A stretch of 64,000 bases of DNA from an uncultured Verrucomicrobiales bacterium. GTDB taxonomy: Bacteria > Verrucomicrobiota > Verrucomicrobiia > JADLBR01. The position numbers were made by a program, and so were the translations under genes. The stretch spans positions 4,412-68,411 of the forward strand of contig CAZYWZ010000023.1 of assembly GCA_964651705.1 (NCBI GenBank), given 5' to 3'. Shown here piece after piece: positions 54,497 through 63,939 of the stretch (position 1 is its first letter; the number at the start of each line of letters is the position of its first letter). The notes under the pieces are model-generated. The model made no database searches. It was not told the origin of the DNA and saw nothing but the letters and a program-made list of their open reading frames with translations.

Positions 54497-57400
54497 TCAA
54501 TGCCTCAACAAAAATTCCGGGTTGTTGACCAGCGCCCAGGCGAGGTCGATCCAGACATCATTCCCTTTCGCCGCGCCGGTCTTGGCGTGCTCTTCTGCCG
54601 CCCGCACGTCGGCCTCCGTCGGGAACCGCGAGAGGATGGCGAGATAGAGCCTCTCGGCAATCTCCTCCGGTTTGCCGCCCGCGGAGATCAGCGCCGCGAG
54701 TTTCGGGCCTCCCTGAAGCTTCTGCTGGATGGTGGCCGAATTCAGCATATGCAGCCACTGCGGCGAGGCGAGTTCGCTCACGCGCTCGCTCTCCATCCCC
54801 GTGGCGCGCGTGGAGCGCCCGAACAGCGTCAGGAACGAACTCGTGACGCTGCCGTCGGCCAGGGCCACCGCGGGCATGTCCTCCGGAATATACGTGAACG
54901 GCTCCGGGACGGCGCTGGTGTACAGGTCAGATGTGCCGGTGATCTCGTTCAGGGCATCGATGAGCACCTCGGCCTCGACCCGGCGCAGGCGGTAGTTCGC
55001 AAAGGCCGCCACCGCCTCCGTACCCTTGGTCCTCGGCATCGAAGAGAACTGGTATGCCGTCGAGGTGAAAATCAGGCGCTTCAGGTGCCTCAGGTCGTAG
55101 CCGCTCGAGACCAACTCTTTCTCCAGATAGGCCAGAAGCTCGGGGATGGCGGGCGGGTTGTCCTCCCGGATGTCATCGGGCTCATGGATGATGCCGCGAC
55201 CCATGGCCCAGGCCCAGGTCCGATTGGCGATCGCCTTCGCGAACCACGGGTTCTCGGCGCGTATGAGCCAATCCGCGAACACCTCGCGCGGGTCGCGGTC
55301 TGGTGGGATGGTCGTCTTGGCGCCATCCGGAAACGTCGCCGCGAGCGGGGCGTTCTCGCTGAGCGGCTGCGCCAGCGCCTGGGGGATCTTGTTGGCGACG
55401 CTCACCGCCTTGGCGACGGCATCGACGCCCGGGGCGATGCTGCCAGGCACCGCGGTCGATTTCAGCGGGTCCCAGAACACGATCTCCTCCTTCCACTCGC
55501 TGGTGGGCTTGTAGCCGACCTGCGAGAAGAAGGCCGCCATGGAGGCCCGACGCTCATCGGGCCAGGACAGGACCCGCGTCCCCATCAGCGCCAATCCCAC
55601 CGACGCGGCAATTCCCTCCGGGCTCCTGTCTTGGATCGCCCTGTAGAAGTTGACCGGCCCGACGCGGAAATTGCTGCCGCTGGAGGTGAGCAGTTCCCGG
55701 ACGAACTTGTCGTACCGCGCGTTCTTGGCGATGGCCTCCCAGACCCAGCGATAATAGGCCTGCGCCGCGTTGGGCCAGAGTTTCACGGGAAACTCGGCCT
55801 TGATCCGCAAGATATCGCTCCATTTCATCGCCCAGTAGTCGACGTGCGCGGTCTGGCCGAGCAGCCGGTCGATCAGGGCGACGCGCTTGTTCTTGTCCGC
55901 GTCGCGGATGAACGCCTTCGCCTCATCCGCCGCCGGCAACTTGCCCGTCAGGTCCAGATAGGCGCGGCGGATGAATGCCGCATCGGTGCAGAGCGCCGGC
56001 TCGATGCCCGATGCCTTCAGCTTCGCGAAGATGATCTCGTCGATGCGGTTTCCCGGCTTCGGCGGATCGGGGCCCTCGAGGAGACCCGCGACGCGACCCT
56101 CGGCGATCAGCCGGTACAGCGCGGCCTTGGTCTCCTGGACCCTGGCGCGCTTTTCGTCGGAAACGTCCTGGGCGGCCAGATACGCCGCGCGCGTTCTCTC
56201 CGCCTCCGCCTTAAGCGGAGCGGCGGCGGCCTCCGCTTCCCCCGCCGCCTTCTCGTCCGCCACGTGGGTCTCCTTGGCCGACGCGACCCGCTTCCTGATG
56301 TTCGCGAGCGTCTCGTCCGTAGATACCTTCCGCTTCTCGGCACGGTCCAGCGCCTGCGCCGCGTTGTTGGCTTGAATCGTCGCCTGCTCCAGGGCCTTCT
56401 GTTTCGGGTCGAGCGCCGCCTTCGCCTCGTTGGCCGCCTTGCGCTTGGCGGCCGCTTCGGCCGTGGCCTGCTGGCTCGCCGCATCGAGTTGCAGGAGTTC
56501 CTTGGCCACCGCCCGGGCGCCCTCGTTCGCGGCGGCGCAGGCGGCGACCTGCTTCTTGGCGTTCGCCAACGCGTCGTCGGCCGCCTTCTTCTGCGCATCC
56601 GCACCCGTCACGACTCCCGCGGCCGCCGCGACCTGTTTCTGCGCCTCCTGCTGTTTCTGCTGGGCCTGGGAAAGCGCCGCCTTGGCCCCATCGGCCACCT
56701 TGCGTTTGGCGGCGGCATCGTCGGCGGCCTGCTTTTTCTCCGCGTCTGACTTGGCGGCATCCGCCGCGACCTGTTTGGCCGTGGCATCTGCCGCCGCCGC
56801 CGCCTGTTCGGCCCCTTGAGCGGCTGCGGTCGCGGCACCCACCTGCTGGCTCGCGGCCGCCAGCGCCTCGTCGGCCTTCTTCTTTCCCGCCTGTGCCTCG
56901 GCCAACTTCTGCCCGGCGGCCGCGACCTGTGCCCCGGCCCCCTGCTCTCCCTGCTGCGCCTTGGCCAGCGCGGCCGCGGCATCCGCCGCCGCCTTGCGCT
57001 TGGCCGCGGCCTGGTCTGCCACCTGCCGCTTCTCCGCGGCCAGTCTCTCAGCGGCTTGGGCGGCCTGCTCCGCGGCCTCGGCGGCTGCCGCTGTGGCACC
57101 GGCCTGCTTCTTTACGCTGGCCATGGCGGAATCGAGCAACTTCTTCCGCGAGGCCGGACCCGCAAATTTCTCCGCGGCGGCGGCGGCCAATTTCTGCGGT
57201 TCCTGCACCGCGGCCTGGGCCTGCGCCAGGGCCAACTTGGCCGCAGCGGCCGCCTTGCGCTTGGCCTCGGCATCGGCCCCCGCCTGCCGCACTTGCTCCT
57301 CGGAGCGAGCGGCACGCTCGGCCATCACCTTGGCCCTGGACTCGGCCGCCTGGGCCGCCTGCTCGGCCAACTGTTGCGCGCCGATGGCCGCCGCCAACTG

Positions 57401-59491
57401 TTTCTTCGCGTTGGCCGAGGCCTCGTCGGCCGCCTTCTTCTGGGCCTGGGCGTCGGTCAGGGTCTTCGCCGTGACGTTGGCGTGGCCCTGCGCTTGCTGC
57501 TCGCCCTGCTGGGCGTGGGCCAGCGCCGCCTTTGCCTCGTCGGCGACTTTCCGTTTGGCCGCCGCATCCGTCGCCGCCTCCTGTTTCTGGGGATCCGTTC
57601 TCCCGAAAAGGGCGGCGATGCCACGCCCCTTGCCCTCGGCCGCCTGCGCCTCCTTCTCGGCGGCATCGGCGGCGCCCGTGGCTGCGGCCAGCTGGTTCTT
57701 TGCGCTGGCCAGGGCTTCATCCGCCGCCTTCTTCTCGGCCTGGGCCGAGCCCAACTTCGTGGCCGCCGCATCCGCCGTCGCCTGCGCCCCTTGTTGTTTC
57801 TGCTGGGCCTGCGCCAGCGCGGCACCGGCATCATTGGCCACCTTGCGCTTCGCCGCCGCCTCCCGCACGGACTGGGCCAACTCCGCGGCCGATATCACCT
57901 TTGCGTTGGCCGCCGCCGCCTGGGCCACTTGCTCGGCCGCCTGATAGGCGGCCTGCGCCTCTTGCGGCTTCTGCGGCGCCTGCGCCAGCGCCGCCTTCGC
58001 ATCGTCCGCCGCCTTCCTCTTGGCCGCCGCATCCGCCGCGGCCTGCTTCATCTGCTCCTCGGTCCTCCCCGCGCGCTCGACCATCGCCTTTGCCGACGCC
58101 TCCGCCGCCTGCGCCTCCTGCTCCGCGCCCCCCTGAGTGCCCGCCGCCGCCGCCGCCAGATTCTTCGCATTGGCCAGGGCCTCGTCGGCCGCCTTCTTTT
58201 CGGCTTCCGCCCCCGCCCCCTTCTTGGCGGCCGCCTCGGCCGCCGCCTGCGCCCCCTGCTGTTTCTGCTGCGCCTGCGCCAGCGCCGCCTTCGCATCGTC
58301 TGCCGCCTTGCGCTTCGCCGCCGCCTCGCCAGCGACCTGGGCCAGTTCGGCGACCGGCACGACCCGCGCATTCGCCGCAGCCGCCTGCGCCGCCTGCTCG
58401 GCAACCTGATAGGCCGCCGTGGCCGCGGCGAGCTGTTTCTTGGCGTTGGCCAAGGCCTCATCCGCCGCCTTCTTCTGCCCTTCCGCCGCCACCAACTTCT
58501 GCGCGGCATCGGTGGCCTGCGCCTGCGCCCGCTGGTCGGCCTGCTGTGCCTGGGTCAAGGCGGCCTTGGCCTCTTCCGCCGCCTTGCGCTTCGTCGCCGC
58601 TTCCCCCGCCGCCTGCTGCTTCTCGGCCTCCGACACCGGCTTCGCATTCTCCGCTGCCGCCCCCGCGGCCTGCTCGGCTGCCTGATGCGCGGCCGCGGCC
58701 GCGGCCAGCTGCTTGTTGGCGTTCGCCAGCACTTCGTCGGCCGCCTTTTTCTCCTTCTCTACAACGGCAAGCTCTTGCCCCGCCTCGTTGACCTGCGCCT
58801 GTAACTTCTCCTCCCCCTGCCGCGCCCGCGCCAGCGCGACTTTCGCCCCATCCGCCGCCCGGCGCTTCACCGCCGCTTCCGCCGCCGCGCGCTTGGCTTC
58901 CTCCTCGGGCCGATTCGCCGCGTCGGATGCCGCCTTCGCCGCCGCCTCGGCTTCCTTCGCCGCCTTCTCCGCCGCATCATAGGCCTGCTGCAGCGGGAGC
59001 GCCACCGCCTTGGCATCGGCCAACGCCTTGTCCAGCGGCGGCTTCGCGCTCGTCGCGTCGGCCAAACCCTTCACGGCCACGGCCACATTGTCCTCCGCTT
59101 CCTTGATGGCCTTGACGCCCCCTTCCCCGGCCAGTTCCTTCGCCTCCGTCGCCTGCTGCCGCTTCGTGTCGGCGCCCTTCCTAGCCTCGGCGTACGCCCC
59201 GTCGGCCTTCTGCATCGCCGCCCTCAGCGGACCCACCGCCGCATCCGCCTCCCCAGACGCCTTCGCCGCTCCCTCGTATGCCGCCCTCGCCTCCGCCTCC
59301 GTCACCGCCGCCTTCGCCGCATCCGCCCCCACAGCCACCCCACAATGGAAATTCCCCGACGCGACCGCCAAGGCCACAACAAGGACTACCCAGCCCCCCT
59401 TGCCCCGGGGGAACAACACCTCGCCATCAACGCCGCAATTCATGGATCGATCCCTCGAAGGCTCTCGGCCCAATCCGGCCGACAAAATCAA
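54497..59491 (-). CDS. DUF1549/DUF1553 (PSD1-type) protein with an N-terminal membrane anchor and an about 1000-aa Ala/Lys/Glu/Gln-rich coiled-coil repeat array
   Basis: C-terminal third has DUF1549 (IDEIIFAKLKASGIEPALCTDAAFIRRAYLDLTGKLPAADEAKAFIRD...KRVALIDRLL) then DUF1553 (ENPWFAKAIANRTWAWAMGRGIIHEPDDIRED). The N-terminal 60-1000 aa consist of about 12 repeats of about 57-100 aa anchored on AAKRK[AV]A[DN][DE]AKAAL[AS]QAQQ. The periodicity also shows up as about 280-nt-spaced look-alike antisense ORFs. Confidence 0.8.
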   Translation of the reverse strand: MILSAGLGREPSRDRSMNCGVDGEVLFPRGKGGWVVLVVALAVASGNFHCGVAVGADAAKAAVTEAEARAAYEGAAKASGEADAAVGPLRAAMQKADGAYAEARKGADTKRQQATEAKELAGEGGVKAIKEAEDNVAVAVKGLADATSAKPPLDKALADAKAVALPLQQAYDAAEKAAKEAEAAAKAASDAANRPEEEAKRAAAEAAVKRRAADGAKVALARARQGEEKLQAQVNEAGQELAVVEKEKKAADEVLANANKQLAAAAAAHQAAEQAAGAAAENAKPVSEAEKQQAAGEAATKRKAAEEAKAALTQAQQADQRAQAQATDAAQKLVAAEGQKKAADEALANAKKQLAAATAAYQVAEQAAQAAAANARVVPVAELAQVAGEAAAKRKAADDAKAALAQAQQKQQGAQAAAEAAAKKGAGAEAEKKAADEALANAKNLAAAAAGTQGGAEQEAQAAEASAKAMVERAGRTEEQMKQAAADAAAKRKAADDAKAALAQAPQKPQEAQAAYQAAEQVAQAAAANAKVISAAELAQSVREAAAKRKVANDAGAALAQAQQKQQGAQATADAAATKLGSAQAEKKAADEALASAKNQLAAATGAADAAEKEAQAAEGKGRGIAALFGRTDPQKQEAATDAAAKRKVADEAKAALAHAQQGEQQAQGHANVTAKTLTDAQAQKKAADEASANAKKQLAAAIGAQQLAEQAAQAAESRAKVMAERAARSEEQVRQAGADAEAKRKAAAAAKLALAQAQAAVQEPQKLAAAAAEKFAGPASRKKLLDSAMASVKKQAGATAAAAEAAEQAAQAAERLAAEKRQVADQAAAKRKAAADAAAALAKAQQGEQGAGAQVAAAGQKLAEAQAGKKKADEALAAASQQVGAATAAAQGAEQAAAAADATAKQVAADAAKSDAEKKQAADDAAAKRKVADGAKAALSQAQQKQQEAQKQVAAAAGVVTGADAQKKAADDALANAKKQVAACAAANEGARAVAKELLQLDAASQQATAEAAAKRKAANEAKAALDPKQKALEQATIQANNAAQALDRAEKRKVSTDETLANIRKRVASAKETHVADEKAAGEAEAAAAPLKAEAERTRAAYLAAQDVSDEKRARVQETKAALYRLIAEGRVAGLLEGPDPPKPGNRIDEIIFAKLKASGIEPALCTDAAFIRRAYLDLTGKLPAADEAKAFIRDADKNKRVALIDRLLGQTAHVDYWAMKWSDILRIKAEFPVKLWPNAAQAYYRWVWEAIAKNARYDKFVRELLTSSGSNFRVGPVNFYRAIQDRSPEGIAASVGLALMGTRVLSWPDERRASMAAFFSQVGYKPTSEWKEEIVFWDPLKSTAVPGSIAPGVDAVAKAVSVANKIPQALAQPLSENAPLAATFPDGAKTTIPPDRDPREVFADWLIRAENPWFAKAIANRTWAWAMGRGIIHEPDDIREDNPPAIPELLAYLEKELVSSGYDLRHLKRLIFTSTAYQFSSMPRTKGTEAVAAFANYRLRRVEAEVLIDALNEITGTSDLYTSAVPEPFTYIPEDMPAVALADGSVTSSFLTLFGRSTRATGMESERVSELASPQWLHMLNSATIQQKLQGGPKLAALISAGGKPEEIAERLYLAILSRFPTEADVRAAEEHAKTGAAKGNDVWIDLAWALVNNPEFLLRH

Positions 59492-59589
59492 ATTTTCGAA
59501 CCAATTCTAATTATGCCACGTGTCACGGTCAAGCCGTTCTGATGCTCGAGAACGCACGTCAGTCGACCGGACCGATGGCGTCGGCGCCC

Positions 59590-62500
59590 TTACCAGATCA
59601 CCTGCACGCGCATGAAGCGCCGCGGATGGGCGGGATCGGTCACCGGATAGGCATCCGTCACCTCCACGGTTCGCAGTTCGCCAGACCCGGATTCGGTGAC
59701 GGTGACGCCATCGATCAAGGGCACCGTCGTGGCCCCATTTGCGCTCGCGGCGAGGTCTGTCCACGGCCCGGTCAACGCATCGCTGCCTTGGACGACCAGG
59801 GAGACATCCGTGTGGGCGACGACCCGGGCAAACCGCAGCGCGAGCCTGCCGCCGGGCGTGCTGGCCTGGGGGAGGTTCGCCACTGAAGGGTCGTTCGGGT
59901 CGCCACCCAGGGCATACTCCACGATGTTCGCCATGCCGTCCCACTCGACGTCGACGAGGTTGCCCGATAGGGCCGGGTTGTCCCAATCCTCTCCGAAATT
60001 GGCCTGCCTCCAGTCGGCGATCGGCGCGTCGGCGACCACCGTCAGGAGGAAGCTGTCGCTGGCGGTTCGCGTCCCGTCGCTCACGGTGAGGGTGATGGTC
60101 GCCGCGCCGCTCTGGTTTGGGGCGGGCGTGACCCTGACGGTCCGATCGTTGCCCGATCCCGAAAACACGATATTCGCGGCCGGCACCAATGTCGTGTCCG
60201 ACGACGATTTTGTCAGCACCAGCGCGTCGGTGGCGGTCTCGGCATCGCCGACGGCCACGGCCAGTTCCGGGGTCGCGGTGTCCTCCGCGATCGCCTGATC
60301 GGCCAGGTCACCAATCGTTGGGGCCTCGTTGCACACGTTGACGATGTCGGCGATCTCGGGCGCCGTGAGGGCGTGGTCGTAGAGCCGCACCTCGTCCATG
60401 TGGGAACGAAACCGGAACTGCGTGGCCATCGCCCCGACATGAAATGTTGCCTCATTGGCGAAATCCGTGCGGATGGTCCCGGCCGCCACCGCAATGCCGT
60501 TCCGGTAGAGCGTCACCGCGCCACCGGCGCGATCCACCGCCGCCACGACATGTTGCCACCGATCAAAGGCGACGGTGCCCGCAGAGGAACTGACGTTGGC
60601 GCCCACGGTCCCATTGCCCGTGGCGAAGACGAGTTTCCCGTCGCCCGTATTGAATCCGTTCACATAGAACCGGAAACCGTCGGTGGACGCGCCGCCGGCG
60701 GAGTTTGCTGCGATGGTCTGGATCTGTGCCGTCCCGCTGGGGACAAAGATCCACGCGGCGACGGTGAACCTGTCGCCAAGCGGGATGGGGCTGGCGCTCG
60801 ATGCACCGTCGGTCGTGCCATCGAACGTGAGCGACTGGCCACCCTGCTTTCTTGTCGCGCTCGAGAACGCCGGGACACCGCTATGCGCCAGCGCCCAACC
60901 GCCCCCCGTCACATCATCGAGCGTGCCGTCGAATGGCCAGCGGGCGATCGCCCCGGCGACGCCATCCGCGGACAGGACCGTCACGCGGAAGCTGTCGCTG
61001 GCGCGGAGGCCCCGCGAGTCCGTCACCGTCACCGTGATGTTGGCGGACCCAGACGCGTTCGCCTTCGGCGTGACGGTCACGGTGCGGTTCGTGCCGCCTC
61101 CCCCGAACACGATGGCGTCGGCCGGCACGAGGGCGGGATTCGACGACGCGCCGGAGACGACCAGGGAGTCGGGCGGCGTCATGTCGTCGCCGACGGTAAA
61201 AACCAACACGGGGGTGGACTCGCCCTCGGCGATCGTCTGGTTCACGACGTTCCCGATGGTCGGCGGATTATCCCACACATGCGTGGTGCTCGCCGGGGCA
61301 GAAGCTTCCATGGCCTGATTGACGGCCTCCACTTCGATAGACACGGACGGCTCATCCCCGGCGCGATCCAGCTCGGGGATGAAGCAGGCATCCCGGCTCG
61401 CGGCCCATAGCCAAGTGCGGCCGCCGCCGGCGTTGCGCCGGTACACGTTATAGTATCGCACGTCGGATGATGCCGACGGTGTCCAGCGCAGGCGCACTGA
61501 GTCCCGCATAGCGCTCACGGCGTAGGAGTTCTCCACGTAGACACCGGTGGGCGCGTCCGGCGGCGAGGGCGACCCCTCGTAGATTGCCAGTTCGCCGAGC
61601 TGCATCGAGTAATCGCCGATGGCGCCGGCCGCGGCCGGATCGAACTGCAAACCGATGTACCCCAGCCTTCGCCCTGAGTGTGACGCCAGGCTGAATGCCT
61701 TCGTCGCCCAACCTGTGCCCGCGCGGGTGCCGACATCGAGGTAGACCGTGGTGCCCGGTGCGTCGGCGAATGCGAGCGCGACCCTCATGTTTGTCTCCTC
61801 GAAAGCGTCGGTGTCCCTGTACGCGATGCGCAACGTGGTCCCGGAGGTGATGGGCAGGTTGGCCTGGTAGAGGCGCAACTCACTGGCGGCATCCAGATTC
61901 CCGGCGATTCGGAGGCAGCTGCCCCCGGTGTAGGCGTCCTTCCAATACCACGAGGGCATCAGGCGATTGGTGCTCGCCGTGTCCAACGCCCACTGCCAAG
62001 AGGGCAGGATATCCTGCGTGGTCAGATTGTGCCAGTTGAACACCACCCCATCGGCATCGAGCGCCGACCGCACGAGCGCCCCACGCCAATAGAAACGGTT
62101 TCCGTGGCCGACGTTGAACCCGCTCACGAACGGCAGCTGCTGGAGCGGGCTCCATTCTTGCACGTAATGCGCCAGGCCCTCCCAATCCGTGCCACTGGCG
62201 GTGTCCGGCGTATTCGAAGGATCCTCGTTTGGGCCGGCCCAGAACTTGCGCTCCCGCTGGTAAAATAGCACGCTGTCGTTCCCCGACTTATCGAAGGTCC
62301 AATTCGGCTGATACAGCCCGACCGAGGCGCGGTGGGCGGCGCCATTCGGAAACAGGTAGTTCCAATTCACCGACGTGTCATAGCCATCGGACTGAACGTC
62401 GGCGCCAAAGTACAATTCGTACGGGCTTCGCCCCAATCCCGTGGCCGCGCTGACGCCATTCGTGACTTTCGCCATCGACCACCCGAAGTCGGCGAAGAAA

Positions 62501-63291
62501 GTGTCGCTGACCAGCGTGCCGCCATCCTGGAAAAACGCATCGTTGTTGGCATTGAGCGTGTCCTGCCACGAGACCGTCCCCGCCTCCGTCATCGCGTCGT
62601 ACCACATGATCCGGAGGCCCGAGTTCGATTGGATGTATTTCAGGAAATTTCGGACCTCCGTGGCGAGCGCCGCGTCGCCGCCACCGGTCTCCTGATTCAC
62701 GAACCACCCGTCGAAACCGCAGTAGTTTGCGATGGCTATCAATTTGTCCGCCACCGGGTAGCTGGAACCCGTCTTCTGGACCAATGCCTGCACCCATTCG
62801 ATTTTCCCGCCGTACGCCGTTGGTGGAAAAAAGATATTGCCGAACACCGGGACACCGCTGCGATGCCCCGCATCGATCAGCGTGGGGTTGGGCGCGAGGA
62901 TGATCCCCGCGCCGGCAGAGCCCCCCCACAGGACTAGCTGGTCGAGGTACTGCCAGTGCGCGAACGCGTAATAATCGAGGAAGCTCGCCGTGCGCTCGCC
63001 CTGGGAGGGGTTCTTGTTCGCCGCGTGAAAGGATGAGAGCGCCGTGATGCCGCCCTCCCCCGAACGCGCGTTGGCATTTATCTTGAAGTCCGGGTTTCGC
63101 CCCCTGGGCGCCAGCGGCGTGCCCGACCGCATGTAGGGGGCGTCGGGGTCGTTCGAGATGTCGTAGTTCAGGATGAAGTTCGGTTCGGTATCCTTGAGAT
63201 GCCAGAGTCCGGCGTATGGCTGCCCGGGTGGTGCCGCGCCCAAGGCCGCGCACATAAACCACAACGGCGCGACGATTCCGCCGCGCCCCAT
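59590..63291 (-). CDS. Large secreted multidomain glycosidase: GH85-like endo-beta-N-acetylglucosaminidase domain + two Ig/cadherin-like modules flanking a LamG/ConA-like domain
   Basis: Signal peptide MGRGGIVAPLWFMCAALGAAP. FLDYYAFAHWQYLDQLV...CGFDGWFVNQETGG matches the GH85 catalytic region (GWLINiE motif with N-x-E). Two about 95-aa duplicated modules (PPTIGNVVNQTIAEGESTP...RTVTVTPKANASGSANITVTVTD and EAPTIGDLADQAIAEDTATP...RTVRVTPAPNQSGAATITLTVSD) flank a LamG-like segment (RFTVAAWIF...DEVRLYDHALTAPEI). The track ORF extends to 63483; start set at the Met before the signal peptide. Confidence 0.55.
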   Translation of the reverse strand: MGRGGIVAPLWFMCAALGAAPPGQPYAGLWHLKDTEPNFILNYDISNDPDAPYMRSGTPLAPRGRNPDFKINANARSGEGGITALSSFHAANKNPSQGERTASFLDYYAFAHWQYLDQLVLWGGSAGAGIILAPNPTLIDAGHRSGVPVFGNIFFPPTAYGGKIEWVQALVQKTGSSYPVADKLIAIANYCGFDGWFVNQETGGGDAALATEVRNFLKYIQSNSGLRIMWYDAMTEAGTVSWQDTLNANNDAFFQDGGTLVSDTFFADFGWSMAKVTNGVSAATGLGRSPYELYFGADVQSDGYDTSVNWNYLFPNGAAHRASVGLYQPNWTFDKSGNDSVLFYQRERKFWAGPNEDPSNTPDTASGTDWEGLAHYVQEWSPLQQLPFVSGFNVGHGNRFYWRGALVRSALDADGVVFNWHNLTTQDILPSWQWALDTASTNRLMPSWYWKDAYTGGSCLRIAGNLDAASELRLYQANLPITSGTTLRIAYRDTDAFEETNMRVALAFADAPGTTVYLDVGTRAGTGWATKAFSLASHSGRRLGYIGLQFDPAAAGAIGDYSMQLGELAIYEGSPSPPDAPTGVYVENSYAVSAMRDSVRLRWTPSASSDVRYYNVYRRNAGGGRTWLWAASRDACFIPELDRAGDEPSVSIEVEAVNQAMEASAPASTTHVWDNPPTIGNVVNQTIAEGESTPVLVFTVGDDMTPPDSLVVSGASSNPALVPADAIVFGGGGTNRTVTVTPKANASGSANITVTVTDSRGLRASDSFRVTVLSADGVAGAIARWPFDGTLDDVTGGGWALAHSGVPAFSSATRKQGGQSLTFDGTTDGASSASPIPLGDRFTVAAWIFVPSGTAQIQTIAANSAGGASTDGFRFYVNGFNTGDGKLVFATGNGTVGANVSSSAGTVAFDRWQHVVAAVDRAGGAVTLYRNGIAVAAGTIRTDFANEATFHVGAMATQFRFRSHMDEVRLYDHALTAPEIADIVNVCNEAPTIGDLADQAIAEDTATPELAVAVGDAETATDALVLTKSSSDTTLVPAANIVFSGSGNDRTVRVTPAPNQSGAATITLTVSDGTRTASDSFLLTVVADAPIADWRQANFGEDWDNPALSGNLVDVEWDGMANIVEYALGGDPNDPSVANLPQASTPGGRLALRFARVVAHTDVSLVVQGSDALTGPWTDLAASANGATTVPLIDGVTVTESGSGELRTVEVTDAYPVTDPAHPRRFMRVQVIW

Positions 63292-63515
63292 CGTTCCACG
63301 CGGGGCTCTCGCGCCACCGGCGTGGCGCGCGCCCCGACAAGGCGATAGGTCCAAAACTGCAGCGTCGACCACGCCTGCACCAATATCGGAACCGGCAACA
63401 GAAGTCGAGGTCGCGCCGACCCGATCCGCAGGCACTGTCTCAAATCGGGCCAGCCCCACCCCCGCCGCGCGGACGCGCCGCATCGTTCATGTGGAAACTC
63501 CATTCCCGCTGCCGC

Positions 63516-63613
63516 CTGGCACAGGCGGCCTACAAAAAATTGTAGGGCGTCTGTGCCAGACGCCACCGGGGGGAAGTTTCAGGTCAGCCCCGCCCCCGGC
63601 GCGCGGGGGCGGG
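63516..63613. promoter_or_regulatory. Cluster of hairpins upstream of the GH85-like gene: nested imperfect hairpin 63516-63559 and GC-rich perfect hairpin 63589-63613
   Basis: ctggcacag...cctacaa-aaaa-ttgtagg...ctgtgccag (63516-63559). cccgcccccg-gcgcg-cgggggcggg (63589-63613). Candidate terminators or protein-binding sites; no T-tract follows either hairpin. Confidence 0.4.
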
Positions 63614-63674
63614 TCCAGCCAGAGTCCACCACGCGCCGGATGATTCAGGGGGAAACTTCGGATGCGCCCGAGGG

Positions 63675-63845
63675 GCCGTTTGGACTGCGGTGGCAGAACC
63701 CCGCCAGGGGTGGCGGCACCGCTTTGGATCCGCAGTCCGATCGCCGCGGGTGATCGGAGTGCGGGCGTTGGCCCCGGATCCCGGCTCCGCCGGGAGCCAA
63801 AGCGGTGTCGCCGCTGCGCTCTGCCACCGCAGTCCAAAATCGGGC
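63675..63845 (+). repeat. About 175-nt structured intergenic repeat element, copy 2
   Basis: Aligns to 25350-25525. 5-prime arm ttggactgcggtggcag (63680-63696) is the exact reverse complement of ctgccaccgcagtccaa (63821-63837): a 17-bp perfect long-range stem enclosing 124 nt. Internal hairpin ccgatcgcc-gcg-ggtgatcgg has one G.U wobble. Confidence 0.55.
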
Positions 63846-63939
63846 CGCCTCCTGACCCCGGCGCACCACCGGATTCACAACGAACGAGAATACAATGAAT
63901 TATCTCCGTCGTCCCCATGATCCGCGGTTTGAAGTTTCT

